From the NCBI GenBank assembly GCA_019235445.1, contig JAFAKL010000391.1, forward strand, positions 1 to 35,821: 35,821 nucleotides of DNA, written 5' to 3'. The notes under the pieces were generated by a model. The model worked only from the letters and a program-made list of their open reading frames with translations. It was not told the origin of the DNA and did no database searches. The DNA comes from Verrucomicrobiota bacterium. GTDB lineage: Bacteria; Verrucomicrobiota; Verrucomicrobiia; Chthoniobacterales; JAFAMB01. Positions 1-12,658 of the stretch are shown here, piece after piece (position 1 is the first letter of the stretch; every line of letters starts with the position of its first letter). The translations under genes and the position numbers were made by a program.

Positions 1-48
1 GACGAACTGACGTTCTGGAGCATCTAGGATCGGCAACTAAATCGGACA

Positions 49-360
49 CTACCCGCCCCCGCTGAGCGCACGGAAAGCGACCATTTGCATGACCCACCCG
101 CTGGCATTCGAGAGGGGCGCGCCGGCGCTGTACAAGGGTTGGGCGTATACCTGTCCGTCCACGGGCAGATTTCCTATCAGCCCAAGGCCGTTTGCGTTGA
201 CATTCTGCAGCGTTAGAATGGTTTCGGCAGGGTCTAACCCGGTTCGCGCGTTTGTCATTATGATAAGTGAGCACATCCGCAGCGAAACCCCGGGAACTCA
301 AGAGGTAGCATGCAATAGCAAGCGGCAACTGGCGATTAAGGAGGTTTAAGAATCTTTCAA
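49..360 (-). pseudogene. Relic of a secreted PQQ-like beta-propeller protein, with frameshifts and a large internal deletion
   Basis: The minus strand reads ...GFAADVLTYHND in one frame, then (N)ARTGLDPAETILTLQNVNANGLGLIGNLPVDGQVYAQPLY after an extra A at 251-253. This matches the recalled N-terminal motif of PQQ-like propeller proteins. It is followed directly by SAGAPLSNASGWVMQMVAFRA-stop. GGAG lies 6 nt before a TTG at 360, followed by a hydrophobic leader that needs a second 1-nt shift. Confidence 0.7.
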
Positions 361-366
361 TTGTAA

Positions 367-3579
<3,213 letters not shown>

Positions 3580-3581
3580 TC

Positions 3582-3597
3582 TGTGAGATAGGTCACA
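3582..3597. promoter_or_regulatory. CRP-family consensus site TGTGA-N6-TCACA
   Basis: TGTGA-GATAGG-TCACA is a perfect consensus match, intergenic, 2 nt after the lacZ stop. Confidence 0.5.
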
Positions 3598-3675
3598 TCA
3601 TTCGAGTGTGCAGTCGACATGACTGGCCCCGCCTAAGGCGGTAAAGCCTCCGACAGTTTTTTCAGCTTGCCTTCC

Positions 3676-3720
3676 TTGTGTAGCCCCTGGAAAGCGTGTT
3701 ATTATAGTGGATGCTAAAAT
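3676..3720 (+). promoter_or_regulatory. Putative sigma-70 promoter(s) for the hybrid kinase
   Basis: TTGTGT (3676-3681), an 18-nt spacer, then TATTAT (3700-3705) with extended TG. A second TGnTAAAAT lies at 3712-3720, in an AT-rich patch. Confidence 0.4.
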
Positions 3721-3792
3721 TATAGATATGATGGACGCGTTCTCTTTGGGGGCACGCAGCTCCGTGGGCCAGAGCGCGCAACGAATTCAGCA

Positions 3793-6195
3793 ATGCTCTC
3801 CAAAGACGAATTACTTTTCATGCTGCAGTCGGCGGGTATTGGAACCTATCGTTGGGACGTACCTGAGGGGATCATGCAATGGGACACCCAGATGTGTGTC
3901 CTTTTCGGTTTGCTGCCAGGTGGATTCTCCGGGAAGTACAGCGACTTCCTGTCGCTGATCGATGCGAGCGATCGTGCCAGGCTGAGCCAGGAGATTGCTG
4001 TCGCATTGCAGGAGGAAAGCGCCGAATTCTGCAGCGAGTTTCGGGTTGTCACCCTTTCTTCGGCCGCAACGGCACGCTTTCTGGAAATGCGTTTCAAAGT
4101 TCGGCGTGTTGCGGAGGGGGTCTTGCGCGTAACCGGTCTTTGCCTGGACGTCACAGAGCGGCACCGTGTCACAGTGGAACTGGCCAGCGAGCGAGATCTT
4201 TTTTCAACGCTGATGAACAACCTCCCTGATAATATTTACTTCAAGGATCGCGACAGCCGTTTTGTGGCAGTCAACCCGGCGGTGCTCGCCCGAGTCGGTT
4301 TCAAGGATCAATCGGGAATTATTGGAAAAACTGATCGAGACATCTTCCAGGGCGATCATGCCCTCAAAGCACTGGCGGATGAACAAAGAATTATTGCCAC
4401 CGGTCAGCCGATGATCGGCATTGAGGAAAAGGAAATCTGGGCGGACGGAAAAGAATCATGGGCTCTAACCACAAAGTTTCCTTGGCGCAATGCAACGGGC
4501 GAGGTGATTGGGACCTTTGGATTGTCACGCGACATTACTGCTCTCAAGAAATATGAAGAGAAGCTGAAGGCAGCCAATGAGGCTGCTGAGAGAGCTGGAC
4601 GGGCCAAGAGCGAGTTCCTCGCCAATATGAGCCACGAAATCCGGACGCCCATGAATGGGGTCCTCGGCATGACGGACCTGTTACTCGACAGCGGCTTGAA
4701 TTCGGAACGGCGCGAGTACGCGGAGAGCATCCGAACGAGTGCCGAGGCCCTGCTGAAAATCATCAACGATATTCTCGATTTTTCCAAACTGGAGGCGGGC
4801 AAACTCTCCTTTGAAGTCCTCGATTTTGATCTCATCGAAACGGTTGAAAACGCTTTAGGCATGTTGGCCGAACCAGCACAAGGCAAAGAACTTGAGTTAG
4901 CCTGCAGTATCCTGCCAGAGACGCCCGTAACGCTGCGCGGCGATCCGGGTCGGTTGCGGCAAATTCTCACTAACCTGATTGCTAACGCCGTCAAATTTAC
5001 CGCGAGGGGAGAGGTCATCGTTCGTGTTTGCCCGGAACGCGAAACCAGGACACACGCTCTGTTGCGTTTTGAAGTTCAAGACACCGGGATAGGCATTCCG
5101 GACGAAGCGCAGGGTCTGCTCTTTGAGGCATTTAAACAGGCTGATTCGTCGACCACTCGCAAATACGGCGGGACAGGTTTAGGACTGGCCATCGCCAAGC
5201 AATTGGTGACCATGATGGAGGGTCAAATTGGAGTCCAAAGTCAACCGGGAAAAGGCTCAACCTTCTGGTTCACGGCGCGATTCGAGAAGCAGGCTACTGC
5301 CAGGGAACATCCGGAAAGATCCTTTGGCGAATTAGGCCATGTACGAGCGCTCATCGTCGTCGACAATGCGACCAATCGCGAAATTCTCGCACGCCAATTT
5401 CTTGGATGGGAAATAGAGGCGAACCGAGCGGCTACTGGCGCTGAAGCTTTGCAGATGCTGCGAGCCGCTGCCACAGAGGAGAAACCCTACGACTTGGCCC
5501 TGTTAGACGTCCAGATGCCCGAGATGGACGGTTTGACTCTCGCAAGCGCGATCAAGGCCGACCCCGCCATCGCCCGCACCCGACTGATCGTCTTGACCCC
5601 CTTAGGATACGCAATAAGCGCAGCAGAATTCAAAAGAATGGGAATTGAGGCGTACCTCGTCAAACCGGCCAGACAAGCGCGTCTGTTTGACTGTTTGTTC
5701 GACGTCATGACCAGACCTGTGCCGGAAAGAGAGCTCGCATCATCTGTTCTTGCTGCGTCTTCCTCTATTTTCCTGGAGCCTGCATCAGAGCTTGACGAAG
5801 TGCGAATACTTCTCGCGGAGGACAACCTCATTAACCAGAAAGTGGCTTTAGCCCAACTCAAAAAGCTCGGATTCAAAGCAGATCCTGTGGCCAATGGCTT
5901 GGAGGTACTGAGAGCGGTGAGCCAAAAACGCTATAACATCATTCTCATGGATTGTCTGATGCCTGAGATTGATGGATACGAGGCGACACGCGTGATTCGC
6001 GAAGAAGAGAAACGTGCGGATCACCGCTCGAACCGGAAGACGCCCATTTACATCATCGCCATGACCGCAAATGCCATGGAAGGCGACAGAGATCGCTGCT
6101 TCGCGGCAGGAATGGACGACTATATCTCTAAGCCCGTGCGATCTTGTGAACTTGAACAAGCGCTGGAACGCGCGAAAATGGCCAAAGCCACTTAA
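3793..6195 (+). CDS. Cytoplasmic hybrid histidine kinase: PAS-PAS-HisKA-HATPase-REC-REC
   Basis: PAS-like segments (GIGTYRWD; [12 protein letters not shown]...FGLSRDIT), H-box [16 protein letters not shown]-box [17 protein letters not shown]-boxes DTGIGI and GGTGLGL, and two receivers ([22 protein letters not shown]). No TM segments are evident. Confidence 0.93.
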   Translation: MLSKDELLFMLQSAGIGTYRWDVPEGIMQWDTQMCVLFGLLPGGFSGKYSDFLSLIDASDRARLSQEIAVALQEESAEFCSEFRVVTLSSAATARFLEMRFKVRRVAEGVLRVTGLCLDVTERHRVTVELASERDLFSTLMNNLPDNIYFKDRDSRFVAVNPAVLARVGFKDQSGIIGKTDRDIFQGDHALKALADEQRIIATGQPMIGIEEKEIWADGKESWALTTKFPWRNATGEVIGTFGLSRDITALKKYEEKLKAANEAAERAGRAKSEFLANMSHEIRTPMNGVLGMTDLLLDSGLNSERREYAESIRTSAEALLKIINDILDFSKLEAGKLSFEVLDFDLIETVENALGMLAEPAQGKELELACSILPETPVTLRGDPGRLRQILTNLIANAVKFTARGEVIVRVCPERETRTHALLRFEVQDTGIGIPDEAQGLLFEAFKQADSSTTRKYGGTGLGLAIAKQLVTMMEGQIGVQSQPGKGSTFWFTARFEKQATAREHPERSFGELGHVRALIVVDNATNREILARQFLGWEIEANRAATGAEALQMLRAAATEEKPYDLALLDVQMPEMDGLTLASAIKADPAIARTRLIVLTPLGYAISAAEFKRMGIEAYLVKPARQARLFDCLFDVMTRPVPERELASSVLAASSSIFLEPASELDEVRILLAEDNLINQKVALAQLKKLGFKADPVANGLEVLRAVSQKRYNIILMDCLMPEIDGYEATRVIREEEKRADHRSNRKTPIYIIAMTANAMEGDRDRCFAAGMDDYISKPVRSCELEQALERAKMAKAT

Positions 6196-6251
6196 AGCAA
6201 AATACTGTAAGCTCGGCGTCGTACCCTCCTCAGCTTTGATGAGGAACACTT

Positions 6252-6280
6252 GTCCGGTCTACGCGGACCCTTTAGTTTTC
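6252..6280 (+). terminator. Possible weak intrinsic terminator between the kinase and the TPR-CHAT gene
   Basis: GTCCG-N7-CGGAC hairpin followed by CCTTTAGTTTTC. A second hairpin TCCTCA/TGAGGA lies at 6227-6245. Confidence 0.25.
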
Positions 6281-6312
6281 CTCTTTGGTTCGTCTCAGGT
6301 GGAAATACGTTT

Positions 6313-9300
6313 ATGGCTCTGCCGCCGGCAAAACTGCTGTTTGTGTTCTTAGCACTTGCTCTCTTGATTCTCGCCAGCCCGGTATCATTGGCCGAGGACG
6401 ACGACCTGAACGCACTAGGCCAACAGGTAGATCAACTGATTGGGCAAGGAAAATATGAGGAGGCTATCCCCATTGCTGAAAAAGCGCTGGAAGCAACAAA
6501 GCGAATTCGTGGCCCGGGAGACCCCGGGACCGTCAGCGCCCTGAATACCCTGGGGTTCCTTTTGCTTAAGATTGGGCATGACAAGAAGGCCCTTTCGTAT
6601 TTCAAACAGGCTGATCATCTGAGACCTGACGATCCCAAGACTAAATGGCGCCTGGCTGAAGCTTACACCGCTCTTAAACGCCGCGCTGAAGCTGATCGCG
6701 CGTTCCAGGAATTAGTGCGTTTGGAGCCGATCTGGGAAAATTACTATGCTTACGCCGAATTCAAATACGGATCCTTGAATTTGCGCGAGGCGGAAAAGTT
6801 GTTTCATCTCGTTCTTGAACATATAGGTCCCGGAGGTCTCGCCAGATCGCCCGAAGCTGCGGCCTTAACTCGTCTCGCCTTTATCTGCTACTTGCGGGGG
6901 ACGAATCAAGAGGCCGAAAATTATTTTTCCAGTGCAGAGCAGCTGGATCCCGATGACCCAATTTTGCAGCAAAAAGAAGCGATCTATTGGGAGAGCCGGG
7001 ACCAGGTCGAAAAAGCCGAAGCCGCCTTTAAACGCTGCTTGAAGCTTAAGCCGGCGCTTGTTTACGAAGATTACGGCAAGTTTCTTCTGAAGCATCAGCG
7101 GTACCTCGACGCCGAGGGCATATTTCGCGAGGCAATGAAAAACGATCCCAAATCGTCCTGGTTCCGTATGTGCCTCGTCGAGACTTTACAACAACAAAAC
7201 AAGAATGCCGAAGCGGTCGAACTGCTGAAAGTCAGCACGCAGATCCTGGATGTTTCGGAAGAACTTTATTGGCGACTGGGCAAATCTCTCGCTGCGATGG
7301 GACAAAACGGCGAGGCTGAAGCAGCTCTCCAGCACTCACTCCGCCTGGGACCAACCTACACGGGGTACTATTCTTACGCCGAGTTGCTTCAATCCCTGGG
7401 GAGGAAGGCAGAGGCAAGCGAGATGTTTGCTAAAGCCGCTCAACTCGGTCCTCCTCCGGATGCTGCTTCGGCGGAGTTCTCCAAGGTCCGGACTTTGCAA
7501 GATTCATCCGGCGATTATAAGGGAGTACTGGAGGATCTCCGTGGTGTTGAGATGGCCCTCAAGACGAATCCGGAGTTTTTCTGGCGACTCGCCCTGTCGC
7601 TGCAGGCCGTAGGTTATTCGGATGAGGCGGGGGCCGCGTTTCAACAATCTCTGGAGATACGGACAACGTTTTCAGGCTGCTATTATTTCGCCAAGCTCCT
7701 CTTCGAGCAAAACCGCAGCCAGGAGGCGGAGGATCTCCTGGTTCGGGCCGGTGATCCGAAGAAAGAGGACGTCCCTGCCATCCTCACCGTTGCTACCGTC
7801 CGGCAGGATGCCGGCGAGTACGCTGAAGCTGTTCCAATGCTATCTCGTGCCTCCGAGCTGTCGCCGGAAAACAGTGCGGTTTTTGGCAAACTGGCGGTCT
7901 CTCTTGAATTCAGCGGACACCCTGATGACGCCGATGTCGCCTTTGCGAAAGCGGTCGAGCTTGAGCCTAACTCCTTCGCTACCTATTATCATAGCTGCTT
8001 CGCGTCACGGCGCCCTCCCGGTTTTTACGAGAAGCTTTGTCGCCGGGCGCTGCGTGCCAATCCGGAGAATGCCGATCTATTAGACGACCTTGCGATCATC
8101 GTTGAGGCGGTCGATCGATGGGAAGAAGCGGCGGACCTGGCTAGCAGAGCTCTTCAACTGAGAGACAAGAGGAAAGAGGATCCATGGATAGAACTCGCTA
8201 TCCTCATCGGAGCCGATTCGGTGACGGGAAAACAGGAGGATGCCATTCGCATGGTTAGCGCGCTGGCAGATTGTGCTCAGCCCAATGCCCAATCAGCAGA
8301 TCTTGGGGTGACCCCGTTTTTGTACCACACGGTAATAGCCCTACTCCGACTTCAGCAGGATGCCTACGAAAAAGCGATGGAAAGTGCCGCGCAGGCGCTG
8401 ACCGACTACAATTCTCCAGAGTTTAGCGCCGATATGGAAGCGAGCGCGCCCCGGGATAACGATTCAGCCGGCGACCAACGCGCGGATTTTAAATTGCTTC
8501 ACGCCAGGCTAATCATCTTGGAAGGGAAGGCGGCATTTCACCTCCGCCAGTTTGAAGACGCAATCCGATCTTATCAAGGAGCAGTTGACGAATTGCAACG
8601 TCTCCCAAATCCGTTGGTCTCCCAGCCGCAGATCATTGATTTCTCGATCCAGCCATACGATTCGAAGATCGACGCTTTGAGAGGTATCGCGAAGGTGTAT
8701 GAGGCGGAGAATGACTATACCGCGGCGATCGCAACCTATGAGAGGGCATTAACAACCGCGGAAAAAAATAGCGCGTTCCGGCAACAGCTCGAAAACATCC
8801 TGTCACTGCTTTATGCTTTCAGGCATACGGGTCAATATGATAGAGCGTCCCAGGCGTTAGGGCAATATGCTCTGGTTGTTGGTAAGCTTGAGGATGAAGA
8901 AAGCCGCAATAAGTATCAAGCCGCACTGGCGAAATATCGTGGCGAATATAACGAGATAATCGATTATTCCCGGAAAAGGCTGGAGGTGGCGGAGAGCAAG
9001 GGTCGCCCGCTGCCGGTGGCCGAGAGTTTGGCAGACCTCGCGGAGGCTCTGAAGGAGGTCGGCCAATACGAGGAAGCACTGCGTGCCTACAATCAGGCCA
9101 TTCAGATCCGAGAAGAACCACAGCATCGTTCTCCCTTCTGGGTTGCCTTTTGTCAGCGGAAAGTGGCGGAGATTTACCAGAGTATCGGAGACTATAAAAA
9201 GGCCCGCCAGTGGCTGCAGCAATCCTCCACCACCTGGGACCAGATCGGGAGAAAAGAGAGTGTCGCCGAAACCCTGACTCATCAGGCTGCGCTGGAAAAT

Positions 9301-11355
9301 CAACTTGGCAACTTCGATCAGGCGCTGACCTACCTCGAAACCGCCAGGGGCCTCTATCGGGCTCTGAAGGACCCTGTTGGAGAAGCCGAGACATTAAATT
9401 GGCAGGGCCAGATTCTGGAGGGACAGAGACGTTACCAGGAAGCGCTACAAACCTTTACCGATGCCCTGAAACAGGAACGCATGACAGACGATACGCTCAG
9501 CACAGCGCAGTCGCTTCGCCTGATTGGCCGGGAGCACATGCTGCTCGGCGAGAGCGCAAACGGCGAGCAGAAACGCCAGGAGTTTGCCGAGGCAGAGCGC
9601 AAGATGCAGGAAGCTCTCGCGATCGAGCAAAGCGCGAATTTAAATGGAAGGGAGGTACAGCAATCCATGGCGGAGCTCCGTTTGCAGGAGGGAAGGTTTT
9701 CGGAGGCCGAACAGTTTCTCATCGAAATCGTGAATCAGGACGCTAAAACCGAATACCCGTCGAACTGGGAGGCCTGGCATCTCCTGGGGTCGGCGGAGCA
9801 AGGTTTGGGCAAGAACGATGAAGCGCTTAAGCATTTTAAGCAGAGCATCGATATCATCGAGAAAAGGCGTCAGGTAACCGCCGGAACTCCAGGCGAACTG
9901 AATTTTCTCCAGCGATATCACGAGGCCTATCAGAGCCTGATTGAACTGCTCATTAAAACGGAGAACCTGCCCGAAGCCTACGATTACATTGAGCTCGAGA
10001 AAGTCACTGAGCTTCAGCAGGGTACTTTACCGCCTGGCCTTTCAGAAGATTCCCAGGGCGCAGCTTACCGCAAAGGTCGCAGTCTTCAATTCAGCGAGAC
10101 TGCGATCGAACGCGAAATCGCGGAGGAGGGAAAAAAGGATTCACCCGACGTGATGCGGATTGCCAATCTTGAGAAGCTCAGGAGAGTCATCAATCAGGAG
10201 TTTATCCAGTTCCTGCATGGACTTGAAGCTGGGCAGAACTATGCACAAATTCGGCAGCAACTCTTGGCGAATCCACGGGAACTGTATCGCAGCATCCACG
10301 ATCTCCCGGAAGACGTTTTCGTCCTTCAGCCCGTGCTACTTCCGCGTCAGAAAAAGATCGTTATCCTGGTCTATCACCGCGGTATACCGATCAAAAGAGA
10401 AGTATCGATTCCGGACGATGCCAAAGTCCGGGAGCTGATAGATAAGTTTCTAAACTTCCTGAGCGAGGAGCCTTCGACCAGTTCCAGGGAAGAAGCGTTT
10501 CATCGTCTAACTCGCATCAAAGAAATTGGCAATCAGCTGTACCAGTGGTTCATCGCTCCAATTGCGGACCAGCTGCGGTCGGCCAAACTGCTGGTGATCT
10601 CTCCGTCTGGCAACCTGCGCAAAATCCCCTTTCAGGCGCTTTACGATGGTAACCATTTTTTGATTGAGGCTTATCCCATCGTGACCTTAGGGCTAGGGTC
10701 GGGACCGGCCGGATCCCTCCCAAAGAAGTTAGATATTTTTGCCGTCGCCGATCCGGACGGGACCTTGCCGGGTACTGAAGATCAGGTGCTGAAGCTAAAG
10801 GAAATGTTTCCGGATGCACAGGTTCTTCGTCAACAGGATGCGACCAAAGCTTCACTGGAGTGGGACGAAACGGAAAAAAAATATAACGTCCTGGTTTTTG
10901 CCACCCATTGCGCGATTGATGATGATAAGCCTACGGCATCTTTCATCCAGCTGGCCGGCAAAGGAGAGGACAAAAAGCTAACCTACGACGAAATTGGGGG
11001 GTTTGGATCAGTCTGGGAACCGGGTCCCTATCCCTCTAACAGCGAGTGGAGAGGGGTTCGCCTGGCCGTACTCAGCGCCTGCAGCACTGCGGTGGATTTA
11101 ACGACGGAAGACTGGGCGGTGCAGGGATTTGCTGCCCAATTTGAATTAATCGGGATATCCTGGGTGGCTGCCAGTCTCTGGCCTGTCGAAGACCACTCTA
11201 CCACCGAGCTCATGAACGACTTTTTTCAAAACCTGCAAAACGGCAAGTCCATGGCAAATTCTTTGCAGGCAGCACAAGTTTCGCTGATTCATTCGAGCAA
11301 TTATTCAGATCCCTTTTACTGGTCACCGTTTATCCTGATTGGCGGCTGGCGCTAA
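6313..11355 (+). CDS. Exported TPR-repeat protein with C-terminal CHAT (caspase/separase-like) peptidase domain
   Basis: ATG at 6313 (ORF track starts at TTG 6250) gives the signal-peptide-like MALPPAKLLFVFLALALLILASPVSLA. A long TPR array follows. CHAT motifs are LVISPSGNLRKIPFQAL, FATHC (His codon 10906), LSACST (Cys codon 11080), ASLWPVED and PFYWSPFILIG. Confidence 0.9.
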   Translation: MALPPAKLLFVFLALALLILASPVSLAEDDDLNALGQQVDQLIGQGKYEEAIPIAEKALEATKRIRGPGDPGTVSALNTLGFLLLKIGHDKKALSYFKQADHLRPDDPKTKWRLAEAYTALKRRAEADRAFQELVRLEPIWENYYAYAEFKYGSLNLREAEKLFHLVLEHIGPGGLARSPEAAALTRLAFICYLRGTNQEAENYFSSAEQLDPDDPILQQKEAIYWESRDQVEKAEAAFKRCLKLKPALVYEDYGKFLLKHQRYLDAEGIFREAMKNDPKSSWFRMCLVETLQQQNKNAEAVELLKVSTQILDVSEELYWRLGKSLAAMGQNGEAEAALQHSLRLGPTYTGYYSYAELLQSLGRKAEASEMFAKAAQLGPPPDAASAEFSKVRTLQDSSGDYKGVLEDLRGVEMALKTNPEFFWRLALSLQAVGYSDEAGAAFQQSLEIRTTFSGCYYFAKLLFEQNRSQEAEDLLVRAGDPKKEDVPAILTVATVRQDAGEYAEAVPMLSRASELSPENSAVFGKLAVSLEFSGHPDDADVAFAKAVELEPNSFATYYHSCFASRRPPGFYEKLCRRALRANPENADLLDDLAIIVEAVDRWEEAADLASRALQLRDKRKEDPWIELAILIGADSVTGKQEDAIRMVSALADCAQPNAQSADLGVTPFLYHTVIALLRLQQDAYEKAMESAAQALTDYNSPEFSADMEASAPRDNDSAGDQRADFKLLHARLIILEGKAAFHLRQFEDAIRSYQGAVDELQRLPNPLVSQPQIIDFSIQPYDSKIDALRGIAKVYEAENDYTAAIATYERALTTAEKNSAFRQQLENILSLLYAFRHTGQYDRASQALGQYALVVGKLEDEESRNKYQAALAKYRGEYNEIIDYSRKRLEVAESKGRPLPVAESLADLAEALKEVGQYEEALRAYNQAIQIREEPQHRSPFWVAFCQRKVAEIYQSIGDYKKARQWLQQSSTTWDQIGRKESVAETLTHQAALENQLGNFDQALTYLETARGLYRALKDPVGEAETLNWQGQILEGQRRYQEALQTFTDALKQERMTDDTLSTAQSLRLIGREHMLLGESANGEQKRQEFAEAERKMQEALAIEQSANLNGREVQQSMAELRLQEGRFSEAEQFLIEIVNQDAKTEYPSNWEAWHLLGSAEQGLGKNDEALKHFKQSIDIIEKRRQVTAGTPGELNFLQRYHEAYQSLIELLIKTENLPEAYDYIELEKVTELQQGTLPPGLSEDSQGAAYRKGRSLQFSETAIEREIAEEGKKDSPDVMRIANLEKLRRVINQEFIQFLHGLEAGQNYAQIRQQLLANPRELYRSIHDLPEDVFVLQPVLLPRQKKIVILVYHRGIPIKREVSIPDDAKVRELIDKFLNFLSEEPSTSSREEAFHRLTRIKEIGNQLYQWFIAPIADQLRSAKLLVISPSGNLRKIPFQALYDGNHFLIEAYPIVTLGLGSGPAGSLPKKLDIFAVADPDGTLPGTEDQVLKLKEMFPDAQVLRQQDATKASLEWDETEKKYNVLVFATHCAIDDDKPTASFIQLAGKGEDKKLTYDEIGGFGSVWEPGPYPSNSEWRGVRLAVLSACSTAVDLTTEDWAVQGFAAQFELIGISWVAASLWPVEDHSTTELMNDFFQNLQNGKSMANSLQAAQVSLIHSSNYSDPFYWSPFILIGGWR

Positions 11356-11409
11356 GCACTTAAAAACGAAAGAGGAAGCCAAACGCCTGGTTGAACGAGG
11401 GCAGCTACA

Positions 11410-12579
11410 TCACCAATCAAGAATTGCTCCATCAATGGCTCGGATGGTTGTCGAATGCATGACTTCAGGTTGAAACGGATGTTGCCTGGCCTTTGCTTCG
11501 TTTACTTCGATGCCGAGTCCAGCCTGGGTCGTTGGCAACCAATAACCTGATTCTGTCTGCAACGAGCTGTTGACCACCTCCCAACGCCACGGCACGTCGG
11601 TGAGCATGTCTTCCTGAATCAGGAAGTTGGGCGTGGACAAAGCAAAGTGCAAGGCCACGGCATTTGCTATTGGCCCCAGAGGGTTATGCGGCGCCACCCC
11701 CATTTGATACGTCTCGGCTGCAGCGGCTATTTTCTTGGCTTCCGACAGACCGCCGCAATGGCAGATGTCCGGCTGAATGACGTGGCAGGCTCGCTGTTCG
11801 AAAACCGGCCGGAATTGGCTGCGACCGATCAGTCGTTCACCGGTGGCAATTGGAACTCGTACCGCTCGACTGACCTCCACCAGGGCCTCGACGTTTTCCG
11901 GGGGAACAGGTTCTTCACAAAAATAGGGACGGAATTCTTCCACCGCGTGGATGTACTGGATCGCCATGGCGGGATAGGTACGCCCATGAAAATCGATCAT
12001 GATATCGATCGACTCCCCGATTGCAGCACGCAACTTTTGCATCAATAACGCAAACCGCCGGATTTTCGGGATTCCCTCCAGCGGTTCCGAGTAAGGCACA
12101 AAAACTACTTTGATCGCCGTATAGCCCTGGGCAACTACGCTTTGGGCCAGGTCGATCAGCGGCTCGACGGCAAACGTTTCATAGACCGCACGCATATCGC
12201 CCCCGCCCAGGTGGGTGTACATTCGCACCCGCTCGCGGACCAGGCCCCCAAGCAGCTCAAAGACGGGCACTCCCAAAACTTTCCCCTTGATATCCCAGAG
12301 CGCTTGGTCAACGGCGGACAACGCGCTCATCCCGATGACCCCCAGCCGCCAGAATGATTGTCTATATACCTTTTGATAAATGTGTTCGATCCGGCGAGGA
12401 TCCTCCCCAACTATCATCGGAGCGATATCTTCGATCGCCCCGACCACCGATCGCGTCTTCCATTCCAACGATCCTTCGCCCCACCCGAAAAGCCCGGCCT
12501 GGTCCGTCTCTACCTTACAGAAAACCCAATTACGCATCTCTGCGTTGACCACCAGCGTCTTGATTCCGGTTATCTTCAT
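11410..12579 (-). CDS. dgoD: Galactonate dehydratase-like enzyme (enolase superfamily, mandelate racemase subgroup)
   Basis: 389 aa. Motifs RNWVFCKVETD-GLFGWGE, DQALWDIKGK, DFHGR, EEP, ATGER, QPD, APHNPLGP and a C-terminal DG..LDW are typical of DgoD. The substrate is not proven. Confidence 0.75.
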   Translation of the reverse strand: MKITGIKTLVVNAEMRNWVFCKVETDQAGLFGWGEGSLEWKTRSVVGAIEDIAPMIVGEDPRRIEHIYQKVYRQSFWRLGVIGMSALSAVDQALWDIKGKVLGVPVFELLGGLVRERVRMYTHLGGGDMRAVYETFAVEPLIDLAQSVVAQGYTAIKVVFVPYSEPLEGIPKIRRFALLMQKLRAAIGESIDIMIDFHGRTYPAMAIQYIHAVEEFRPYFCEEPVPPENVEALVEVSRAVRVPIATGERLIGRSQFRPVFEQRACHVIQPDICHCGGLSEAKKIAAAAETYQMGVAPHNPLGPIANAVALHFALSTPNFLIQEDMLTDVPWRWEVVNSSLQTESGYWLPTTQAGLGIEVNEAKARQHPFQPEVMHSTTIRAIDGAILDW

Positions 12580-12587
12580 AGACTGTC

Positions 12588-12649
12588 GTAAGCGAAGCGT
12601 CCTCGCTTTGCTGGACGCTTAAGAAGCCAAGCGAGGACGCTTTACCTAC
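12588..12649. repeat. REP-like extragenic palindrome
   Basis: Perfect 14-bp inverted repeat AAGCGTCCTCGCTT (12595-12608) / AAGCGAGGACGCTT (12629-12642), flanked by GTAAG and CTAC. An extra GGACGCTT sits in the loop. Confidence 0.65.
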
Positions 12650-12658
12650 ATCAAACCA

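Noticed and set aside
198-220. TTGACA...TAGAAT as a lacZ promoter
   Set aside because: The spacer is only about 11 nt.
6313-11355. TPR-CHAT as part of a CRISPR type III-E or other defence locus
   Set aside because: There are no cas genes, repeat-spacer array or recognisable effector genes nearby, and the protein appears to be exported.
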